64,000 nucleotides of DNA from positions 496,001 through 560,000 of the forward strand of contig MU006091.1 in NCBI GenBank assembly GCA_010093705.1. Direction: 5' to 3'. The notes under the pieces were generated by a model. The model was given only the letters and a program-made list of their open reading frames with translations, was not told the origin of the DNA and made no database searches. Shown one piece after another: positions 53,982 through 64,000 of this stretch. Within the stretch, counting starts at the first letter, position 1. Each line of letters starts with the position of its first letter. The stretch comes from Patellaria atrata CBS 101060 (lineage: Eukaryota). A program made the position numbers and the translations under genes.

Positions 53982-55052
53982 CTTATGTTTGCTGTCGTTG
54001 GGAATTTCGCATTGAGTGGCCTACGGTATAGAAGAGGTACTGAGGACCCTGAGTCTGTCATAGTATCATCATAATTGACTGATTCTCCAGAGAAATTTCT
54101 TCATGGAGATTTTGAAGTTTGTGTCGTGAGATGTTGAGGAAGTTCTGTTGGTCACCGGAAAGGGCAGAATTTAGGTGAGAAGGAGGATTGCCTCTTGGCG
54201 GCATGGCGGGGCCAACGTTCTAAGGGCGGCTCATGGAAGGTGCGCTAGGGCCGGCTTAGGAAGGGAGCTCTCCCTCGTGGTTTCTGATAAGGTACGGAGT
54301 TCTGCGCGAAAGGAAGTGACCAAAAAGGGAACAGTCAGTTGGGACTGTTAGATTTTGTGGCAATGAAGCTTGACGGGAGGGAGGGCATATCTTGTCACCC
54401 TTTATAGCTTCCCGAGGACATTTTGAGACCGGATCGATGGCAAGTTGACGTGCAAAGCCGTGGGAAAGAGGGTTTGATCACGAGCAGATTGAGCATGGCG
54501 CGGACTGATGCAACCGCGAACAGGGAAAGCCGATCACCAACGAAAGACTCCACCACCTTAAGAAACTTCATCACCCAACCTCCACCCTTTTCACTCATTC
54601 ACTTTTTTATGTTCACTGGCACCATATTCAATCTTCGAAGACCGCCGAATTACTTCTGCCCGCGAGCGATTACTTAACGCCGGTAATACGAACAATTTCC
54701 AACTTCTTCCTTCTCGAATCTAAGAAGCGGTTGAGCAGTGATCCTAGTAAGGTCCAAGCGAACCACCTCAGAGCTTCATCATTTTGCATTCCACCAGCCA
54801 CCTGCTACGAAACTCGGTACCAATTGCGGGCCCAAACTCCTTGAATATCAGCAAATCTCGCTATTAGGTTCTCTATAGCTGCTCGCACTTTTCAATTGTC
54901 TTCCTCAATTCTCCTTCCAAACCACAGAGGCTGCTAGGGGCTCCTCCAGTTGCACTTTACCTTTTCACTTAATCTTGCGGCATCGATCAACCCTAATCTG
55001 GTATCCGTACCCAACGAGCTGACCAAACCTCATCACATCACATCCTCTCAAC

Positions 55053-57474
55053 ATGGCTGCCACGCGCGATGCTACGAACCACGTCCTTTTCGAAATTGCG
55101 ACTGAGGTCGCCAATCGAGGTATTGTTTCTATAATCCACGACCATGTCAATCACGGTACTCATCTCTCATGAACAGTTGGTGGTATTTACTCCGTCCTGA
55201 AGTCAAAGGCGCAAGTCACGACTGCCGAATATGGATCCGCATACACACTTCTCGGTCCTCTCAATCGCAACTCTGTGAGTAAGACCATAGCTTATGATAC
55301 TGTAAATTACTAATCTGCTCAGGCTGCTACTGAGGTGGAAGAATTGGAACCAAAGGACCCGGCCCTAGCTGAGACCATCAAATCCATGAATGATCGCGGT
55401 ATTCAAACTCTCTATGGTCGATGGCTTATCGACGGTGCTCCTCGAGTCCTCCTCTTCGACACTGGTACTGGTTACAGGTTCCTTGACGAATGGAAAGGCG
55501 ATCTCTGGTCCGTTGCTGGAATACCATCACCTCCTGGCGATCACGAGACAAATGAGGCAATTGTCTTTGGATATATTATTGCTTGGTTCTTGGGAGAGGT
55601 AAGTCTTATGCAGCAGAGGCGGATGCGCCTAGGTTTAGTCTAACGTTGGCTTAGTATGTTTCCCATGAAATAAAGCGCGCAGTCGTCGCTCAATTTCACG
55701 AATGGCTCGCCGGTGTAGCTCTTCCGCTCTGCAAAAAGAGGCGCATTGACTGCACCACTATATTCACCACTCACGCAACTCTACTAGGACGTTATCTCTG
55801 CGCTGGCTCCGTCGACTTCTACAACAACCTACAATACTTCGATGTTGATCAAGAAGCGGGTAAGCGAGGTATCTATCACAGATATTGCATTGAAAGAGCT
55901 GCCACCCATTCCGCGGACGTGTTCACTACGGTCTCTCATATCACTGCTTACGAGAGCGAGCATCTGCTAAAACGTAAACCTGATGGTGTCTTACCAAATG
56001 GTCTCAATGTCAAGAAGTTTTCCGCAACTCACGAGTTCCAAAATCTCCATCAAACTTACAAGGAGAAGATCAACGACTTCGTTCGAGGCCACTTTTATGG
56101 TCATAATGACTTTGATCCCGAGAACACTCTATATTTCTTCACTGCGGGTAGATACGAGTACCGGAATAAAGGTGTCGATATGTTCATCGAGTCTCTCGCT
56201 AGGCTTAATCACAAGATGAAGAGCACGAACTCGAATATGACAGTTGTAGCTTTTATTATCATGCCTGCGCAGACATCGTCTCTTACCGTTGAAGCGCTGA
56301 AGGGGCAGGCTGTTATTAAATCTTTGCACGATACGATCAACTCAATTATGGGTAACGCCAGTAAGAAGATATTCGAGCGCGCTCTCACATGGCATGAGGG
56401 ACAACCTCTACCCGAGGACAAGGACCTTTTCTCTGCCCAAGACAAGATTCTCCTGAGACGAAGACTTTTTGCCATGAAGCGCCACAATCTACCACCTATT
56501 GTGACGCACAACATGATCAACGATGCCGAAGATCCGATTCTCAATCAAATCCGGCGGTGCCAGCTTTTCAACCATCCAACAGATCGAGTGAAGATTGTGT
56601 TCCATCCCGAATTCTTAAATTCAGCCAACCCAGTGTTGTCGATGGATTACGATGACTTTGTCCGTGGCACTCATCTTGGCGTTTTTGCCTCGTACTATGA
56701 GCCGTGGGGTTATACTCCAGCCGAATGTACCGTCATGGGTGTTCCTAGCATTACGACAAATCTTTCCGGCTTCGGCTGCTACATGGAGGAACTGATCGAG
56801 AATGCCAGCGACTATGGTATCTATATCGTGGATAGGCGTATGAAGGGTGTCGATGACTCTGTCAACCAGCTAGCAGACTATATGTTCGACTTCACGAAGA
56901 AGAGCAAACGACAGCGGATCAACCAACGTAACCGGACAGAGAGATTGAGTGATCTTCTTGACTGGAAGAGGATGGGCATGGAATATGTCAAAGCTCGACA
57001 ATTAGCTCTGAGAAGGGGTATGATTCCACATATTGATAGTATATTTTACAAAGTTCCACTAACAATTTGTAGCATATCCAACCTCATTCGACGGAGATGA
57101 AGAGCCAGACTACTTCGGGGCGACTGAGGTTAAGATCTCACGCCCACTTTCTGAGCCGGGGTCACCTAGAGATCGCTCTGGTATGATGACTCCTGGTGAT
57201 TTTGCATCCCTTCAAGAAGGTCGCGAGGGACTGAGCACGGAAGACTACATCGCATGGAAGCTCCCGTAAGATTGAAACTCCTCCCCTATCATTATTAACC
57301 AATATTCTTACATTCTCCTCTAGTGAAGAGGAAGATCCTGAGGAATACCCCTTCCCATTGACCCTAAAATTGAAGAAACAAGGGGAACCATCGCCAGCAT
57401 CAACGCCAGTCGCTCCAATGATTAACGGAAGTAATGGCAATGGCAATGCTTCATCATCCTCAGCAACGTCATAA
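55053..57474 (+). CDS. GSY1: Glycogen synthase
   Basis: Six exons. [62 protein letters not shown] and a C-terminal regulatory [10 protein letters not shown] region. Confidence 0.97.
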
Positions 57475-58904
57475 ACGCTGAAGGATATATATACCAATTT
57501 CGATAGGTGGTGGTAACTAATGATTATCAAGAGTGTCCAAATATTGACGGTCAAGGTCCCTGATCCGCGGTCTTTGCATCGGTGTTCAAACACTCCTACT
57601 CTGTACAATAAACTCTCCCTTGTTTCCTACTTCTTTGCATTGCCAAATGGCCTGTGATATATCGTCATTTGGCGGCCCTTTCTTTTGTCGATTTCTTTCC
57701 TCCTTTGGACTTCCGTACTTCCATTTCTAGGTCATCCTTTTCACCGGATTCGGTTAGCTGCATTTTCCTCGTGTGGCATTGCATCAACTTTCGAGACTTG
57801 TTGTTGGTTTTACAATGCAAATAGTAGATATGCCGAATCATTAATAGCTGAGAGTGCAATACAATGCTGTGAACGGTCTCGAAGTGTAGCAGATAGAAAT
57901 ACGTTATTTCAACGTGTCGGGCTACTTTGTACAATATTTACGTTAGTAACTCCACAGCTGATGCTGCAGGTATTGCTGATGTGTCATTATGCTCGAAACA
58001 CGTTGCGATGCCGAGTAATAGATGAAATGCTTGATTTGGATAATGGGGGTTGTTGAGTGGATGGGAAGACTTTAGGATGGTTTAGCGGAAAGGAGGAAAC
58101 CTGGAAGGGCTAGACGGTCTTGGTGGCTGCTCCGCCACACCTGGCATCTGGCACCTGCCGTGGGATTGCACCTTTTTTGTCGGCGTGGTCGGCTCGGGAC
58201 TTATCATAAATAACCATCAATAACCGTTCCCGTAACGGACTACAAGTACTGATAATCTCCATCTCCTCCTTCGTACAGTCAATGTTAGAGAGCACGTTGT
58301 GCACTTGTTTTGTATCTAATTCACTAATCGTTATTGGTTGTACTGCTGAGGTGTCCAACCCGTTTATACGTCCATTGCGCTATACTAGACATACGGTACG
58401 CGCTTTGAGCAAAGTGTACCCATTCACCAAGTCCGGAGTAACGCGACAAGGGGCACCAAGATCTCTTGTTCCCACCTCACCTGAACCTTTGTCTTGTACA
58501 TAACATCGTTACGGCTGATACTCCCTTGCTCGACGGAAACGGCCTGCGTACACTCCTCTCATTGACCTGTTGCGTGCCGAGTACGATAACGCAACTTTCC
58601 AATTGCGGATTTGACTCTATCTGTCCGTCTGACTATACCGACTTCGCCATGTGGATTCTTTGACATTATCCGATCGCATTGCCCTGCGATAACCTCTTCT
58701 CCTCGCTTCGAACAAGAAATATTCACCACACACAATCTTCAATTCCTCTCCCGTGGCAGACCTCTCAGGAGCGTGCTCTGCGCCCACTTGTTGCTGTCCT
58801 AACCCACCAAACGTTCGCATCTTCTCGTGACAGTTGATTGAGCAATCAATCGGTACTTCGGCATCGGAGGGCTACAATATCATACGTTATAATTAGTTGC
58901 AAAT

Positions 58905-61637
58905 ATGTTTGGCCCATGGATAGAGATGTGGGGTTGGCTGAAAAGCCTCATGCCCAGAAGATTACGCTTCCATCGACCGCGATTCAGTTTCATTATGTTG
59001 CATTGTAAGTTGTCCGAAGCAGATGCTGCCGAATACTATTATATGAAAGAGGACTAACTATTTGTTCCGTCATTAGATGGCTATATTGTCTTCATGGCTC
59101 TACTTACTTCAGTCATTATCTACGGCGACGGAAAAATTCCCTATATTGATGCGCTGTTCTTTGGTAGTGGTGCTGCTACACAAAGTGGACTGAATACGTA
59201 TGTCTTCATGCATCACGGATGACTCGGCAAAACGATTATTGACTCTTTGTAGAATCGATGTCAGCAACCTACAACTTTACCAGCAGGTACAGACAGTCAA
59301 CACCCTATTTTTACAATGCGCTGATTGTCTCTTCAACAGGTTACAATTATGATCGTTGCATGCCTTTGCACCCCTATCTTTATTCATGGTTTCGTTGTTT
59401 TTATACGTCTTTACTGGTTTGAGAAGCGTTTTCAAAATATCGTTCAAGATGCTAGGGCTATGCGACATACCCGGACCCGATCAAGGACCCGGAGTCAAGC
59501 AAAAGCGGATTTAGAGGCTGATGTAGAATCAAATGGAGTCAACGGTCGTGCTATTACAGTTTTACGTGGACCGGATGGAAAGGCGAACGGAAAACATGGA
59601 GATGATGAGAAGGACGGTGTGACGGATGGAGATCTTTCAAACGGGGCTACCATCGCTCCTACAGACGGAAACCAAACTCCAAGCTCCGCGACATTCCATA
59701 GGGATATCACTTTTGCTGATCAGACGAGACCTTCCGCTCACCGGAAAGTGTCTAACTTAGAGCGCGTTCCAGAGCGTCGTACTGCTGAGCAACATATTGC
59801 TTTTGTCGAATCACAGAGGAATCAGAAGGATAAAGGTACCTTGTGGATACCAGGACCGCGAGATTACGAAGCAGGTCACGTTCCGCAGCAGGTAGATGAT
59901 GCCGATGGAGGCCCACTAGATCAGGAGAGTACAGTAGATAGAACTAATTCGCAGATGGATGGTACTTCACCCGGCACGGATACTCAGGACGAACTAAACG
60001 GTGATGATCATCCCTTTAAACGCCACATTACTATCGACGAACCCAGTCGTCCTGGTACGAGAGGCCAGTCCAAGTCGGCTTTCTCCCGTTTCCCCTTCCA
60101 AAGATCAACTGGACGAGCAGACGATGACTTGGGGGCTACAACCGTCCGTGCGCGAGGTCGCAGCAATACACTTGCCAGTTTTCTAGCAGCTCGCACTCAG
60201 GATAAGGATGAAGATCCAATGCCGTATCTCAGCTGGGCGCCTACAATTGGACGAAATTCTGCATTCGTAGATCTGACGGAAGAGCAGCGAGAAGAATTGG
60301 GCGGGATTGAGTATCGAGCACTGAAAACTCTGGCATTTATTCTCATTGCTTACTATGTCGGTTTCCACCTTCTTGCAATGATCTGCTTGCTCCCCTGGAT
60401 TGTACGGTCGAGACAATATTCAGATGTTGTTCGAGCATCCGGTTCCACTCCGGTCTGGTGGGGTTTATTTACTCCAGCGTCGCTTTTCAATGACCTGGGT
60501 TTTACTCTGACCCCAGACTCAATGGTCTCCTTCCAAAAAGCGGTGTTTCCACTCCTACTCGGTAGCTTTCTGATCATTATTGGTAACACTGGCTTTCCTT
60601 GCATGCTACGCTTCGTCATCTGGGTTTGCGAGAGGCTTGTTCCCCGTGATACTGCTGTTTGGGAAGAGCTTCGTTTTCTTCTTGACCATCCCAGACGCTG
60701 TTTCACACTCCTTTTCCCCAGCGCTGCCACGTGGTGGCTCTTCTGGATTCTGGTAATTCTTAACGGCGTCGATCTCATCTTCTTCATCATCCTTGACCTC
60801 AACGATACCACGGTTACGTCTCTCCCTCCCGGCATTCGCGTACTCGACGGTTGGTTCCAAGCCTCCTCAACCCGTACCGCAGGTTTTGCTGTTGTCAATC
60901 TCGCGGACCTCCACCCCGCCATCCAAGTCTCGTACCTGGTTATGATGTACATTTCCGTGTTCCCCATTGCCATTTCCCTCCGCCGTACCAACGTATACGA
61001 AGAGAAATCGCTCGGCATCTACGCCGGAGACAACGAAGACTCGGACGAAGCGACGAATAACGCCACGGCAAAAGAACAGAGCTATGTCGGCACACATTTG
61101 CGTCGTCAACTTTCCTTCGATCTGTGGTACGTCTTCCTCGGTTTTTTCCTCATCGCCATTATCGAGGGTGGACGTCTTGAAAACACAAATGACTACGCCT
61201 TCACGCTGTTCAGTGTTCTCTTTGAAATAATCTCAGCATATGGAACCGTCGGATTAAGCCTGGGTTACCCTGGGTTCAACACTTCTTTTAGCGGACAGTT
61301 CAAGACGCTGTCTAAGCTCATCATCATCGCGATGCAAATCCGTGGCAGGCATAGAGGCTTACCATATGCACTTGACAGAGCGATTTTGCTCCCGAGTGAA
61401 AGTCTCCATAAAAAGGAGGCGGAGGATGCTATTAGGAGGGCGAGGAGGGGTAGCACGGCCAGCCAGATCAGCGGGGGGGACGGTCAGGGAGCTGCGAGTG
61501 CGGCGGTCTTGGCTCGCGAGAGCACACGTGCGAGCGCGAACAGGGATAGAGAGAGAGAAAGTGGAGGACTCATGAGGATCGTCACGGGCGCGTTGAGTGC
61601 AGGGCCTATGTTGAATAATAAGGGGAAGAAAGCGTAG
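58905..61637 (+). CDS. TRK1: TRK-family potassium transporter
   Basis: Three short 5' exons (YIDALFFGSGAATQSGLNT) plus a long exon with RLYWFEKRF, YLSWAPTIGRNS, ELGGIEYRAL, FNDLGFTLTPDSM, STRTAGF and SAYGTVGLSLG. Confidence 0.95.
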
Positions 61638-62948
61638 AGGCTTCAGAGATGGAGTTTGTCGGCTGGCTTTGTTTGCATTGGGCCAGATTTGTCTGTTGCG
61701 CGCTAGGAATCTGGGTTTGGGTTAGATTTTTGTCTGTAGGATGGGAACTCGTGAAGTAAGCATTAGCGGGTTAGGGATTCTGTATTGATGGAGGTTTTTG
61801 TGTGTTTGAAGGTAGTTCGTGGGAATGTCTAGACGGGGAAGGTATAGATAGTGTAGTGAGAGCATAATATGATGAGTTGAAATATATCACCACCTTTATA
61901 TCGCCTATGGCTGCGTTGATTTATGGCGTATGTAATGGACAGTACATCCTCACTTATGAATATGGCCAAGCTATCGTGTATAGTGTGATCGTTCTGCAGT
62001 TCGGGCAGTTATGACAGTTATGGCAGTTGTGGCCGTTTAATCATTCTTCACAGTTTCTTCACAGCTGTTTTACTCATAGAACTACAAAGTTATCATACAC
62101 TTCACCCATACCCTACCTACTCCCCTTCACCCCACTCCACTTCACTCACCCACTGACCTTCTACCCAATCCGGTGAAATCCCCTCCCTCTATATTCACCT
62201 TCCCGTTTCGCTATGGTGCAGTTAGTTGGTGTCGGCTGTTCCTTTGTCGGTTATCCTATCCAATTTCCTTAACAGTCTATGTTCGATTCTCGTCGACACC
62301 AACTTTCCGGCAAGGCGGAACTTATTCTTTTTTCTTTTTTGTTCCCTTGGACTATTTTTTTGGGGGGCTTTTTCAGTTTGTTTGAACTTTTACTTTTATT
62401 CTGGAGGGGAAGGAGGTTTGGGTTATGAATGAGATGTGCGTGTATGGTTCTGTAGAGTGGCTTGCTTTATGGATACTTACTTTTTTTATACGCCACAGTC
62501 CATACGCTTCTGTACAATATCTCACACTATGGCAGGGTAGGTGAAGATAGTTCAAGACGCAAGGAATGCAGAACGAGTTGTTCTACCTCTCTACTTGATT
62601 ACAATTGCATAGTGTGTTCGGCCAAGAGTGGGTAAGTGGATATGTGGTATAGACGGACAATATGTAAAACCCCTTACCACCTTAGGATATCGGAAGATGG
62701 GTTACAGTACAATGAATCAAACAATTGTATCTCATCTCCTCCATCATCCCATGACGAAGAAAAGTACCCAGGCTCTTCGCCACAGTGGTAGAACTACACG
62801 CCAACCCCCCTACAGCCACAGACCGGAAAAGAGAGCAAAGAGCGACAAGAAGAAGATCATCCCCTCGTTGCCACCACAAGCCACAAAAGTGCCAACGTCT
62901 TCATACACCCATCCTCGCCACGCCACCACCCCAAACTCCCAAACACAT

Positions 62949-64000
62949 CTACCCCTCAACAACGCTCCTCCTCAGCCTCTCCCGTCCTTCCCTCCTCTCC
63001 GCCCTAATCTTCCTGCTAACTTCCCTCTTCGCATACCCATGCACTTGATTCAACTCCGCCTCGATCTCCTCCAAATTCGCATAAGCCCCCGTCGCCGCAA
63101 ACCTCGGAAGCACCACGTCCCTGACCTGCTGGAGGTTCGTGGTGCCCGGGTACGGCTGGGCGCGCCACCGCGGCTCCATGGGATCGATGAGCAGGTCCTG
63201 CGTGTCGTACTGGAAGTTCTGGAGCTGCGTCACGTTGAAGGCGGCCATCATGTCGTGGTCTTCGTGGACGAGGTTGTGGCCTGGTCAGAGTTAGGTTGCT
63301 GGGTATTCACCGACATCGATTACGAGGATAGGGAGAGTAGGGGGGCTGAGAAGATGGGGGAACTTACAGTGGAACATGTACACGCCGTGATGGGGTTGGA
63401 ACTGCATGAGCACCGTGACGGCCTCGTTGGGACCGAGGCTCACTACGTCTTTAAGCGCTTTTTGCTCGTACGCGGATACGGCGTTGCGGCCGCCGACGCG
63501 GGATTTGATTTGGAAGTCGACGAGATGGATGTGGATCTATCATAGTAAATAATGGCTCTTACTACATTCTGACCGGAAGTATCGGAAATGTACCGGATGA
63601 CTCCAACCGCCGCTGCCATTTTCAAGCTTCCAGAGCTCAACCTTGCCGCGCTGCGGACGGGCTAGGATGCGGTTCGCAACGTCTGCAAAGCCGACGCCGT
63701 TGATGCGCCATTCAGAGTTTCTATAGTTTAGGCGTTAATACCGAGGCTATGACTGGGGAAAGAGGGGGGCTTACGTGTGCTCAAATAGGAAACTCCGGTC
63801 GACAGCTGTTCTCTGAACAGGAGGTAAATGTAGATTCGCCAGGTTGGTGGGTACAGGCCCGTTGTTCGCAGTAGAACTGACTGCGTTGCCCACTTTGAAG
63901 CGCATCACGCGATCGGTTCCGAAATAGTCCTCGTCTTTGAAGACATCGCGGGCATTGGTCAGGGTGAGGTTCTTCCCAGCAAATGGAGCGAAGTCTACAA
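62949..64000 (-). CDS. Multicopper oxidase (bilirubin-oxidase-like), 3' part; 5' end outside the window
   Basis: Spliced exons give GWSHP|IHIHLVDFQ and YMFHC|HNLVHEDHDMMAAFNVT, the copper ligands with an axial Met typical of bilirubin oxidases. Three introns are visible. Confidence 0.92.

Noticed and set aside
62004..62064. Short degenerate 9-bp (GGCAGTTAT-like) and TTCTTCACAG repeats
   Set aside because: Only two to four imperfect copies in a convergent spacer. This is ordinary slippage, not an array or CRISPR.

Overview
Gene-dense chromosomal window from a filamentous ascomycete (Pezizomycotina). The evidence is short GT-AG introns with CTRAY branch sites and typical fungal orthologues. 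About 18 recognisable protein-coding genes are present, in order: a partial secreted S41 peptidase missed by the ORF track, a BCS1-type AAA ATPase, a DUF1996 protein, an LCCL membrane protein, an Aro8-like aminotransferase, COX6, an FMO, a p24 cargo receptor, a Mae1-type dicarboxylate transporter, SPC3, a DJ-1/PfpI protein, LYS1, PHO89, a GNAT, CDC16/cut9, TRA1, glycogen synthase, a TRK K+ transporter and a partial bilirubin-oxidase-like multicopper oxidase. Most of the window is ordinary housekeeping content, and I see no biosynthetic cluster or intact transposon. The most unusual items are: (1) an apparent ~180-nt RNA polymerase III unit at 38.0-38.2 kb with tRNA-type A/B boxes, a long GC-rich helix and a T6 terminator that is not a normal tRNA; (2) a single TGA at a conserved Trp in the otherwise intact Mae1 transporter; (3) an interrupted orphan coiled-coil gene at 19.6-21.9 kb; (4) a PacC plus Pho4-type site cluster upstream of PHO89; (5) a strongly recurrent intergenic TAAGGTA motif. 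All assignments come from manual reading, and no database search was run.
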